A program made the translations under genes and the position numbers. The notes under the pieces are model-generated. The model had not been told where the DNA came from. It did no database searches and was given only the letters and a program-made list of their open reading frames with translations. Positions 53,267 through 62,502 of a DNA stretch of 64,000 nucleotides are shown piece by piece (the stretch's first letter is position 1; each line of letters starts with the position of its first letter). The stretch is from an uncultured delta proteobacterium. Lineage in GTDB: Bacteria; Desulfobacterota; RBG-13-43-22. The DNA lies in NCBI GenBank assembly GCA_963790475.1, contig CAWBOS010000015.1, forward strand, positions 416,001-480,000, in the 5' to 3' direction.

Positions 53267-53589
53267 CAGGTTGCTGAAAAAGGCTCATCTATCCCGCCAA
53301 CGAGGCTGTGCCACAATTGTATTTATGTCATTCCGTGCAAGCGAAGCGAGACACGGAATCCAGTATTTCCAATAAGTTCTGGATACCGGCTTTCGCCGGT
53401 ATGACGCCTTTGATGGCACTTCCAGTAATTGCGACACAGCCTCAACGGCGGGATTGTCCTTATTCCTCGGGATTTCTTCGCGTAAAGGGCAACGCTCAGT
53501 CCCACCCTTTCGAGGCGGTTCTCGGTTTTGGGCGCGTTCTATCTGAACCTTTTTGACCAACCTGTAAGAATCAGTTTTTCAGCATCCTG
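53267..53589. mobile_element. IS5-like MITE hosting a nested 142-bp MITE
   Basis: TTAA|CAGGTTGCTGAAAAA ... TTTTTCAGCATCCTG|TTAA; second internal right end CTTTTTGACCAACCTG. Confidence 0.7.
53302..53443. mobile_element. 142-bp MITE, copy 2 (3-bp TSD AAC)
   Basis: TIR GAGGCTGTGCCACAATT...AATTGCGACACAGCCTC; AAC on both sides; same length as copy 1. Confidence 0.82.
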
Positions 53590-53771
53590 TTAATGCTGAG
53601 GGGGATTGTAGAATATAACCAGCTAATTTGCAAAGAAATATTTAAGGCTTCCCGGGAGGAGTGGACTAAGCGGCTTTTCCCAAAAAAAATTGTTCAAACG
53701 GAATTTCCCTTGGATCATAGAAGTAAAAGGATCAGCCCAATGAACAGAAGGGGGAAAGGATTCCAATCTTA

Positions 53772-53800
53772 TTGACAATTGTATATGATTGAAATATACT
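53772..53800 (+). promoter_or_regulatory. Sigma70 promoter of brnTA
   Basis: TTGACA-N17-TATACT, 9 nt before ATG 53810. Confidence 0.7.
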
Positions 53801-53809
53801 TATTCACTA

Positions 53810-54133
53810 ATGAACAATATTCTATTTAAATGTACCGGGTTTGAATGGGATGACCACAATACTGAAAAGATCAGAGCGAGGCACGATGTTGCCCCAACTG
53901 AGTGCGAACAGATATTTTTTAATTTGCCTTTTGTAATTGGGGATGATTCGAAACATTCGGAGAAAGAAAATCGCTTTTTTGCACTCGGTAAAACCGACAC
54001 CCGCAGGCTGGTTTTTCTTGTTTTTACTGTTCGAATCGATAGAATCAGAGTCATCTCGGCACAAGACATGAATAGAAAAGAAAGGGAGGTTTATCGGGCC
54101 CATGAAAAAGAAAATACCTCGATTCAAAAATGA
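53810..54133 (+). CDS. brnT: BrnT-family toxin
   Basis: GFEWDDHN, KHSEKENRF..LGKT, LVFTVR..RIRVISA.DM..KER. Confidence 0.85.
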   Translation: MNNILFKCTGFEWDDHNTEKIRARHDVAPTECEQIFFNLPFVIGDDSKHSEKENRFFALGKTDTRRLVFLVFTVRIDRIRVISAQDMNRKEREVYRAHEKENTSIQK

Positions 54134-54368
54134 AGAGGAAGAAAGACAGTTTTGGCTGTCCCATGATTCAACTGAATATGTTGATTGGAAAAAGGCCAAA
54201 AGAATGGTGTTGCCGAAACTCAAACCCTCAATAAAAACGATTTCGCTTCGCCTCCCCGAATCAGTATTAGAAGAGTTGAAACTGATCGCCAACAAACGTG
54301 ATGTTCCCTACCAGTCTCTGTTGAAGATGTTCTTGGTAGAACGGATTGAACAAGAGCTCATTAGTTAA
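54102..54368 (+). CDS. brnA: BrnA/CopG-family antitoxin
   Basis: IPRFKNEEEERQFW..HDS, ISLRLP, A.KRDVPYQSL. Confidence 0.85.
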   Translation: MKKKIPRFKNEEEERQFWLSHDSTEYVDWKKAKRMVLPKLKPSIKTISLRLPESVLEELKLIANKRDVPYQSLLKMFLVERIEQELIS

Positions 54369-54557
54369 CTGAAAAAGGAGACACCCTCCTCGGTTGTTCG
54401 GCACTTCTCTTCAGTAAATGAGAGGACCTAAACCGTTTTTGCTGCCTGGAAATAAGCTCAAAGATAATGGGGATAAGCTCCTGCCAATAAAAGGTTGACT
54501 TCCTTTTTGGGAATTTTATACTATTATCTTTGATAAAGCTAAAGGAGGTGGGATCAA

Positions 54558-54929
54558 GTGAAGAAGGTGCTATTCGTATTACCCGTTGTTTTATTCCTCC
54601 TGGTCGCATTTGCTTTTGCCGCTGAGCAACAGAAGATGGAATTCAAAGTCGGGGATGAGAAGTATGTTTGCAACTGCGGTGATTCATGCCCCTGTAAAAC
54701 CATCTCGATGAATGCAGGCAAGTGCACCTGTGGCAAGGACATGGTCAAGGCCAAGGTGACCAAAGTTGAAAAAGGGAAGGCCATGTTCAAGGCAGCCGGT
54801 TGGGACAAGGAAAGGGCCTTTCCAACTGCCGCCAAGTATAAGTGCGATTGCGGTCCTGATTGCAAGTGCAACACTATCAGTCAGAATCCCGGCAACTGCA
54901 CCTGCGGAAAAAAGATGAAAAAGGTTTAA
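54558..54929 (+). CDS. Exported Cys-rich protein with two 6-Cys repeats (putative metal-binding)
   Basis: AAGGAGG RBS, signal peptide, YVCNCGDSCPCKTISMNAGKCTCGKDM and YKCDCGPDCKCNTISQNPGNCTCGKKM. Confidence 0.75.
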   Translation: MKKVLFVLPVVLFLLVAFAFAAEQQKMEFKVGDEKYVCNCGDSCPCKTISMNAGKCTCGKDMVKAKVTKVEKGKAMFKAAGWDKERAFPTAAKYKCDCGPDCKCNTISQNPGNCTCGKKMKKV

Positions 54930-54994
54930 GCCCGATCATCCTTGTTTCGAGAAATTAAGGCAAGCGACGCACCCCGGCCTCGTCTGCCTTTCTT

Positions 54995-55243
54995 TATTAC
55001 CGAGAGCATAAAAAAGGTTACATCACAGAAATAATTTTTCACCGCCCACTCGTCCCGATAAAAGAGGGACTCGTTCGAGACGCGAAGAACGCTGAGAAAA
55101 GATTTTCATTTGCCGGCAACATGCAGGCAAATGAAAAAAGGTCTTTTTGCTTTCCGTCCCCTCAACGGAAAGCAAAAAATATTCTTCTCTGCGACCTCTG
55201 AGCCTCTGCGGTGAAAGCAATCTATTATCTGCTCCTCTTAATA
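54995..55243. mobile_element. ~245-bp MITE-like repeat, copy A (left of arsM)
   Basis: Direct repeat of 57093..57338; internal hairpins TTTCATTTGCC/GGCAAATGAAA and TTTTGCTTTCCG/CGGAAAGCAAAA; imperfect TIRs. Confidence 0.75.
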
Positions 55244-55285
55244 AGCTTCGATTCCCTGAACTATGGACGTAGGTGATAGGGTCCT

Positions 55286-56197
55286 TTAAAAAGGTTTTTT
55301 GCCCTCGATATAGGCCGAAACGATATAATCCGCCGCTTTTTTTGTTTTTCCCGGGTCCCATTCCCGAATGATCGCCCTGCTCTTGTCGTTGGGTGTGACC
55401 CTGATTTCCTCGAACCCGGCGGCCGTCAGCATCCCCTCCGTATCTTTGATCGTGGCCGCGCCGCCGATACAGGCGCTAAGCAAGGCGAGGTTATTCTTGA
55501 TGTCGTCCGGCAGAGGGGCCGTGGCCACAACGTCGGAGATGGCCAGTCTCCCTCCCGGCTTTAACACCCGATAGGCATCACGGTAAACGCTCATTTTATC
55601 CGGGGATAGATTGATCACACAATTAGACATGATAATATCGGCGGTATTATCGGCAATCGGCAGGTGTTCTATCTCACCCAGGCGGAACTCCACATTCCTG
55701 GTTTGAATTTTTTCAACATTTCTTCTGGCCTTGGTAATCATGTCCGAGGTCATGTCCACACCGATGACACTTCCGGTCTCGCCTACCTCTTTCGCCGCCA
55801 GGAAGCAGTCAAACCCCCCACCGCAGCCCAGATCAACAACCGTCTCCCCGGGTTTAACGGAAGCGAGAGCCAGGGGGTTGCCGCAGCCGAGCATCATATT
55901 CGCTCCATCGGGAACGCCGGCTAAATCTTCCTTTGAGTATCCGAGCTTGCCCATATAAGCCGCCATTTTTTCAGTAGAAAAATCCTCGGTGCCGCAGCAG
56001 GAGGACGCTTCTGCTTTGGCGGTGGTATCCACAGGCGCACAACATGACGCCATGGGAAGGGTTTGCTTTGGAATCGCGGTTGGCGAGCAGCATGAGGCCG
56101 CAGGGGTTGTTTCCGGCAAAACGCTTCCCCTCTTGGCGATACTGCCATACCTTTCACGTACGGTTTCCCTGATTTTTTCTTTGTCCATTGTTTCCAT
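55286..56197 (-). CDS. arsM: Arsenite S-adenosylmethionine methyltransferase
   Basis: LGCGNP, DLGCGGGFDC, GVDMT, SNCVINLSPDK, ACIGGA; N-terminal SCC repeats. Confidence 0.92.
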   Translation of the reverse strand: METMDKEKIRETVRERYGSIAKRGSVLPETTPAASCCSPTAIPKQTLPMASCCAPVDTTAKAEASSCCGTEDFSTEKMAAYMGKLGYSKEDLAGVPDGANMMLGCGNPLALASVKPGETVVDLGCGGGFDCFLAAKEVGETGSVIGVDMTSDMITKARRNVEKIQTRNVEFRLGEIEHLPIADNTADIIMSNCVINLSPDKMSVYRDAYRVLKPGGRLAISDVVATAPLPDDIKNNLALLSACIGGAATIKDTEGMLTAAGFEEIRVTPNDKSRAIIREWDPGKTKKAADYIVSAYIEGKKPF

Positions 56198-56275
56198 TTA
56201 ATACCTCCAGATTGTTTTGATAACGGTTAATACATATAATTTTTTGTGACAATTTAGACTTCTGAAAAAGATTAT

Positions 56276-56448
56276 TTGACAGGATTAACAGGATTTACAT
56301 GAACTTTGCTCAGGCCCAGTTAGGTCCTGAGCAACCTTGATCCGCTTCCGGCGGAACCCTGCGCTTCTTTCCGCAGGATGAAACGGTTTGTGCCTTTCTT
56401 CCGGAAAGGCAAAAAAAACCCCTGTGATCCTGCAAATCCTGTCTAAAA
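56276..56448. repeat. Inverted-repeat element between arsR and arsM
   Basis: GACAGGATTAACAGGATT ... GATCCTGCAAATCCTGTC. Confidence 0.55.
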
Positions 56449-56510
56449 AAGCTTTTGGATTTCAAAGAACTAAACAGATACAATTTTTTTAGAAATTTAC
56501 ATCGGTTATA

Positions 56511-56840
56511 TTAAAAAAAATTCTTCAGCGCCGCCACGGCATCGGGATCGACGGCATATTCGATTTTTTGCCCTTTTCGCTTCATGCGGACCAACCCAGC
56601 ATGGCGCAATTCCTTGATATGATGAGACAATGTAGAGGGAACAATGTCAAGGTCCTGGCCGAGATCACCGACACAGGCACACCCTGCCAAATCGGAAGTC
56701 AATTTTTCCGGAATACTCCATACGGTTCCCGGAGGGCAACAGGATATAAGACGCAAGAAAATCCTCAGCCGGTTAGGATTGGACAAGGCCTTGAACATCT
56801 CGGCATATTTCGATATATTTTCATCTCGATACTTCGACAT
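56511..56840 (-). CDS. arsR: ArsR-family repressor
   Basis: FKALSNPNRLRI, SCC, CACVGDL, STLSHHIKEL..AGLV. Confidence 0.9.
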   Translation of the reverse strand: MSKYRDENISKYAEMFKALSNPNRLRIFLRLISCCPPGTVWSIPEKLTSDLAGCACVGDLGQDLDIVPSTLSHHIKELRHAGLVRMKRKGQKIEYAVDPDAVAALKNFF

Positions 56841-56875
56841 ATGTCGAAATATAATACTTTTTAATAATATGTCAA
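56833..56875 (-). promoter_or_regulatory. Leaderless arsR promoter with operator palindrome on the start codon
   Basis: TTGACA-N16-TATATT-N7-ATG; perfect palindrome TTCGACATATGTCGAA at 56833-56848. Confidence 0.7.
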
Positions 56876-57092
56876 GAGAAAAAATGACCCTGCTCTCCTT
56901 TTATTCCAAATGTGCCCTGATAATTTTAGTTTTATCCGTGCTCCCCGGGGGTTAGGCCTCGACGACTTCTACTCAATCGTCTGGTGGGACGTTCAGCAGG
57001 ACGGACAAATTTGAGTGGAGGTTCTTGACTAATGGATGCCATCTTCATATACTTCAGCGAAACGAAGCGGATTATATCAATTCATTCGATCT

Positions 57093-57338
57093 TATTGACG
57101 AGAGCATAAAATAGATTACATCATAAAACATTTTTTCACCACCCACTCGTCACGATAAAAACGAGACTCGTTCGAGACGCGGAGAACACTGAGATAAGAT
57201 TTTCATTTGCCGGTGAGAGGCGGCAAATGAAAAGGGCTCTTTTTGCTTTCCGTCCTCTCACCGGAAAGCAAAAAAGTTCTTCTTTGCGCTCTCGGGGTCT
57301 CTGCGGTGAAAGCAATCTACTATCTGCTCCTCCTAATA
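57093..57338. mobile_element. ~245-bp MITE-like repeat, copy B (right of arsR)
   Basis: Direct repeat of 54995..55243. Confidence 0.75.
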
Positions 57339-57363
57339 TCTTCTTGAGAAAGGAATTACGGCA

Positions 57364-58981
57364 ATGAATATCGGAAGACTGGCGGAAGATAATATTAAAA
57401 GATTTAATGAATACGAACTGGTCAATTTCGAAGGGCAATGGCATACCAACGTTCAGATAAACCGAAATGCCAACCGGCTGGGCAACGCTTTAAAAAGCCT
57501 GGGAGTCGAAAAAGGCGACCGGGTAGGGGTTCAGTTGTTGAACTGTCCCCAACTCATGGTGGCTTTTTTCGCTATTTTTAAAATCGGAGCGATCCTGGTT
57601 CCGGTGAATCCGTCCCTGCGTGTCCATGACCTTACCTATCTGTATCAGGATGCCGGGATGACCGTCCTGATCAGCGGTCTGGATTACCTGGACAATATCA
57701 AAGAGGCGCGACAGGAGGCCAAAGAGCTCCAACAGGTTATCCTGATCGAAGAGACGGTCCCCCGGGGTGTCCTTTCCTACAATACCTTAATCCAAAACCA
57801 GCCGACAGAGCTGACCCTCGAAGAAACGGACAAACGACGATACGGCGGTCATGATCTATACCGCCGGGACAACGGGAAGTCCGAAAGGGGTGATGCTCAC
57901 CCATTATAACTGGTACACCCATGTCACCGGATATTATGATCTGGTTCTGCTGGACTCCTGGGGCGTTTCGGCCCAGGGACCGGTCCGGGAAAGGGATGGC
58001 GGAAAAAAACAAACCGCGTTCAAAACGGCGACTAAAACGGAAGAGGTGTACGGCGTTACCCGGAACCGGATCTCTTTAATCACCCTCCCCTTGTTCCATG
58101 GATACGGGGTATTCGCCTTGAGTCTGGAGTTCCTGACCGGAGGAAAGCTGATCCTGCTCAGACGATGGGATACGGAAGAAGCCATGAAACGTATTGAGCA
58201 ATACCAGATCACGGAATTTCGCGGTGTGCCGACCATGTATATTCAGTTGCTGAACCACCCCGCCGCCTCAAAATATGATTTGAGTTCTCTGAAGACCTGC
58301 ATCTGCGGTTCGGCCCCGATGCCTCTGGAGGTGGCCCGTAACTGGAAGGAAAAATACGGCCTTGATATCTGGGAAGGGTATGGACTCAGCGAAGCGACCA
58401 CCGTAAACTGTGGAAACGTAGCCGAACGGAGGCCGCCTAAATACGGCTCCATCGGTAAGTGTTACCAAAAAGCCAATACCATCAGAATATTCGATGACCA
58501 TGACCGTGAGGTCCCTCCCGGGCAGTTGGGAGAAATCGTCATCAAAGGGCCGGCAGTGATGAAGGGGTACTGGAATAAACCCGTGGAAACGGCGGCAGCC
58601 ATCCGCAACGGCTGGCTCCACACCGGTGATATCGGATATACGGACGAAGAGGGCTACCTTTATTTAACGGACCGGAAGAAGGACCTGATCATGCGCGGGG
58701 GAGAGAACATTTATCCCAAGGAAATTGAGAATGTCCTCCATATGCATCCTCAGGTGTTGGAAGCGGGGGTCATCGGCGTGCCCGATCCTGTTTATGGTGA
58801 AGTGGTCAAGGCCTTTATCGTTCTCAAAACGGCCGGAGCAGTCTGTGAGGAAGACCTGATAGGATTTTGCAAGGAAAAATTACCCACCTACAAGAGACCG
58901 AAAACGATACAGTTTATGGACGAACTGCCGAAGAGTGCGCTCGGTAAAATTCTGCGGAGGGAACTTCGGAGTATCGGCTGA
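57364..58981 (+). CDS. Long-chain fatty-acid--CoA ligase (frameshift near 57835)
   Basis: IYTAGTTGSPKG, EGYGLSE, WLHTGD, DRKKDLI, GKILRR. Confidence 0.88.
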
Positions 58982-58991
58982 GTCCAAAGCC

Positions 58992-60794
58992 TTATGGGCG
59001 GTAAAGCCTCCTCGGGAGTTTATCCCGGCTTCCAGGCAGCACGCGGCGGATCGCCTCGGCCATCTCACGTTTGGCTACGGGCTTCAGGAGCAAGGCTTTG
59101 ATCCCTGCTTCCCGTGCCTCTTCCGGAGAGACACTATCGCTGTTACCGGTGCAGAGAATGATCGGAATATGGGCTTTCACTTTCGACAGTTCCGCGGCCA
59201 GATTCATCCCGGTCAGATCTGGCATGGTCTGGTCGGTAATAACCAAAGCGAATTTATCGGGCTCTTTCCGGAAGATGTCCAGGGCGTCTAAACTGCTCGT
59301 GGTGGCAACAACCTCATAGCCAAGCCTGCCCAATCTCTGTTTGTTTAACTCAACCAGGACCTCCTCATCATCTACGAGAAGCAGGCACTCTTTTCCTCCG
59401 GCCAGGGGAAGGGCCTCTTGGTCTTCGGGGCCTGGTTGCTCCATGATCTTGGGTAAATAGAGGCGAAAGACGGTCCCCTTTCCCGGTTCGCTCTCAACGG
59501 CAATGCAACCGCCATAACTGGTTACAATACCATGAACGACCGAAAGCCCCAAACCTGTGCCTTCCCCCGGCTTCTTGGTGGTAAAAAAAGGATCAAATAT
59601 CCGTTCCAGGGTTTCGGGATTTATTCCCGGGCCGGCGTCGCGCACTTCCAGAACAACATATTCCCCCGGCATCATTTCGGGGACAGGCGCGGGGTCACCT
59701 TCCGCAAAAGAGGTTTTAGAGACGCTTATGTCCAGGACCCCACCTTTCTCGTGCATGGCATGGGCCGCATTCGTGCAGAGGTTCATCAGGACCTGGTATA
59801 TTTTCGCGGGATCAGCAAAGATCAGGTCGTCATCCGTTGAAGACCGCGATATGATTTGAATCGTGGATGGGAGTGTCGCTCTCAGGAATTTGAGTCCTTC
59901 TTCGACGGTCTGGTTTAAGGCCAAGGGTCTTCGATCCTGTTCAGTCTGACGGCTGAAAGTAAGAATCTGCTTTACAAGATCGCGCCCCCTGCGGGCGCCT
60001 TTCAGCACCAGTTCCAGTCTCCTATGCTCGGGGCCGTCCGGAGTTATATCTTCCATCACCATCTCGGTAAACCCGATAATGCCGGCCAGGATATTATTGA
60101 AGTCGTGGGCCACGCCACCGGCAAGTGTGCCTAAGGCTTCCAACTTCTGAATCCGGATGAGATGTTCCTCGGCCTGTTTGCGCTCCTCCACTTCTTTCTG
60201 GAGGGTTTCGTAAGCCTCGGTCAACTGGAAGGTTCTTTCCTGCACACGGCGCTCTAACTCATCGTGGGCCTCACGTAATACTTCCTCGGCCCGCTTGCGT
60301 TCGGTGATGTCGTATCCGATAGCCATAACCCGGGAGGGTTTTTCATTCGGGTAGGTGTATGCTCCCATGTTGAAAGACGTATATATCCATTGGCCATCTT
60401 TCCTCTTTATACGGTATTCGATCGTTTCATCTATTTTTTCTCCGGCCAGTTTTTTCCTGGTCCTTTCCTTAAAAAGGAATCGGCCCTCCCGGTCCAGAAG
60501 ATCGGTAGGCTTCAGGGAAAGCAGTTCCTCCCTCGAATACCCGAGGATGTCGCACATGGCCTCGTTTACACTAAAGAACTTCGTGCCCTGCAGATCCATC
60601 TCATAGATAGCGGCCGGGGCATATTTCAGCAGGTTTCTGTATTTCTCCTCGCTCTCCCGCAGCACCTCCTCGCGCAATTCCAATTCTTCCTTGGTTCTAC
60701 GCAGCGCCTCTTCGGCCTGCCGGCGTTCAACGACCTTCCTGTTGAGCCTTTCATTCGTACCGGTCAGAGCAAGCATCGGTGATATCCCTTTCAT
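58992..60794 (-). CDS. Hybrid PAS sensor histidine kinase / response regulator
   Basis: PAS; GGVAHDFNNIL; NLCTNA; FFTTK..GTGLGL; receiver LLVDDE, ITDQTMP, KP. Confidence 0.92.
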   Translation of the reverse strand: MKGISPMLALTGTNERLNRKVVERRQAEEALRRTKEELELREEVLRESEEKYRNLLKYAPAAIYEMDLQGTKFFSVNEAMCDILGYSREELLSLKPTDLLDREGRFLFKERTRKKLAGEKIDETIEYRIKRKDGQWIYTSFNMGAYTYPNEKPSRVMAIGYDITERKRAEEVLREAHDELERRVQERTFQLTEAYETLQKEVEERKQAEEHLIRIQKLEALGTLAGGVAHDFNNILAGIIGFTEMVMEDITPDGPEHRRLELVLKGARRGRDLVKQILTFSRQTEQDRRPLALNQTVEEGLKFLRATLPSTIQIISRSSTDDDLIFADPAKIYQVLMNLCTNAAHAMHEKGGVLDISVSKTSFAEGDPAPVPEMMPGEYVVLEVRDAGPGINPETLERIFDPFFTTKKPGEGTGLGLSVVHGIVTSYGGCIAVESEPGKGTVFRLYLPKIMEQPGPEDQEALPLAGGKECLLLVDDEEVLVELNKQRLGRLGYEVVATTSSLDALDIFRKEPDKFALVITDQTMPDLTGMNLAAELSKVKAHIPIILCTGNSDSVSPEEAREAGIKALLLKPVAKREMAEAIRRVLPGSRDKLPRRLYRP

Positions 60795-60865
60795 CTTTCC
60801 AATATCATAATGCGGTCAAAAGCAATATCAGACCACAATATATCAGTTAGCTTCCTTCTCCTTCC

Positions 60866-61531
60866 TTATTTTTCGACCCGGCAACTGACGGAGATGCCCT
60901 CTCCGCTGCCCTTTTCAATACGGGTTTGGAATGCGTGATCCCCTTTGACATAGTCAAGGAACTTTTTGATGTGCGGATCAAACCGCCACAACACGTTATG
61001 GGCGGTAAAGCATCCCGGGGGACTTATCTTGGCTTCCAGGTTGAGGAAATATTGCAGGTACCAGTCTTTGTCGGCATCACAAAAGATAAAATCATAGGAG
61101 GCGTTGAGACGACGGACAAGCCGGTGGGCGTTGGCCAGTCCGGCATCGATATAAGAGGCCACACCGGCTTTTTTGAAATTGGCCAAGGCTTTTTCATAAC
61201 GTTCCCGATTGATTTCAACGGTCGTCACCCGGCCACCGGTTTTTGAGGCCGCCCAGGCCAGCCAAATCGTCGAATGCCCGGTTGAGGTGCCGATCTCCAG
61301 GATATTTTTGAATCGACCCTGGAGAATGAGGGAATACAAGATCTTTCCATCCTCAAAAGGGACGTTCAAATCAGACCAGGAGTTCCGGGCCTCATCCAGA
61401 AAGCGGGAGACCTGGCTATCCAGAGCGGATAAGCCGGTTGACTGTTGAGCAAATAAAAATCCGGATAAACCCAGGCTGATCGATACCGCTAACAAGGTCA
61501 TCAGGACACCTTTAATCTGTTTTTTAACCAT
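60866..61531 (-). CDS. O-methyltransferase (family 3) with N-terminal signal-like segment
   Basis: ILEIGTSTGHS, FIFCDADKDWY, AHNV. Confidence 0.82.
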   Translation of the reverse strand: MVKKQIKGVLMTLLAVSISLGLSGFLFAQQSTGLSALDSQVSRFLDEARNSWSDLNVPFEDGKILYSLILQGRFKNILEIGTSTGHSTIWLAWAASKTGGRVTTVEINRERYEKALANFKKAGVASYIDAGLANAHRLVRRLNASYDFIFCDADKDWYLQYFLNLEAKISPPGCFTAHNVLWRFDPHIKKFLDYVKGDHAFQTRIEKGSGEGISVSCRVEK

Positions 61532-61666
61532 GATTACCCGGAGATGGAAAGAGGCGGATATTCGGTAGCAACAGGATAATAATCGGGACTGCTGTCCCTG
61601 GTGTTCCCGGCGCAGGGACCTTTAAAAAAATCCATCATCCTTCCCGGAGCTGTCTTTTCGATCCGT

Positions 61667-62005
61667 TCAGTCGATCTTTTTCAAATAAAGGTATAGAGGC
61701 CCGGGGAGTCTCACCAGAAGCCGGCCGCCCCAGGCGTGGGCCACAATAGTCCCCCCCGAGCTGGTATGGATCCTTATGCGGTGACCTCTAACCACCCATT
61801 GAAAGGGCACATCATTTCCATGAATTCGGCGGACGCCCTCTCCCCCTGTCTTCAACTCCAAAGATAAGTCAGCGAATTCGGGAGGAGTCCCGGGGACGGC
61901 CTGGTAAGTCCCTATGAATTGCTCCTCTCTGGAACAGGCGAAGGTAAATATCACCAAAACAACTGCCAGGATGATAAAATATTTAGGGGTTATCCGTAAT
62001 CTCAA
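61667..62005 (-). CDS. Hypothetical lipoprotein
   Basis: Hydrophobic leader ending TFAC; GGAGG RBS. Confidence 0.55.
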   Translation of the reverse strand: MRLRITPKYFIILAVVLVIFTFACSREEQFIGTYQAVPGTPPEFADLSLELKTGGEGVRRIHGNDVPFQWVVRGHRIRIHTSSGGTIVAHAWGGRLLVRLPGPLYLYLKKID

Positions 62006-62019
62006 AATATCCCTCCAGG

Positions 62020-62502
62020 TTAGGAACGCTTTTTAAATATGAACCCGCTCCCTCTGAAAAAAGAAACCTTATCAAAGAAAAAAATTTGAATGGTCATGGT
62101 CAGCCAACCCAAATTGGTGGCGACTTTTTTCCAGCCGATCGGTTCCCCTACGGTGTCAAAGCATCCGCAATTCATATTCGCGCCCCTGAATATGTTGATG
62201 ATGACGAAAACAGTAAACAGAAAGAGTAATCCGCCGACCAAGGAAGACGCCGCTTTGGTCCTTATGCCGATGATCAGATAAAAGCCGCTAATCAGTTCCA
62301 TCCAGGGCAAAACGATGGCTACCAGGTTAAGTGCATAATAGGGAATGAGCCGATAGTTGGCCACGTTTTCCGCAAACAGGGCCGGATCAGGTATCTTGCT
62401 CAGGCTGGCATCGATAAATACCCATCCGATATAAATTCTAAGAATCAGGGACAGATATTCACTGGTTACAATTTTGTTTATAAATTTTAACAGGCTCTTC
62501 AC
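62020..62502 (-). CDS. MauE/DoxX-family membrane protein
   Basis: KIPDPALFA..VANY, LPWMEL, NCGCF. Confidence 0.85.
   Translation of the reverse strand: MKSLLKFINKIVTSEYLSLILRIYIGWVFIDASLSKIPDPALFAENVANYRLIPYYALNLVAIVLPWMELISGFYLIIGIRTKAASSLVGGLLFLFTVFVIINIFRGANMNCGCFDTVGEPIGWKKVATNLGWLTMTIQIFFFDKVSFFRGSGFIFKKRS

Noticed and set aside
54995-57338. CRISPR array or tRNA among the repeats
   Set aside because: No regularly spaced repeat-spacer units and no cloverleaf with a T-loop and CCA end were found.
1-58981. Widespread pseudogenisation or programmed frameshifting (ligases, fabF, hcp, HD protein, RT, aprA, plsC-like, serine hydrolase)
   Set aside because: The breaks I traced are single-base indels, often in homopolymers (e.g. 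C5 at 6072), with intact motifs on both sides and even in aprA. Long-read error is the simplest explanation; read polishing would settle it.
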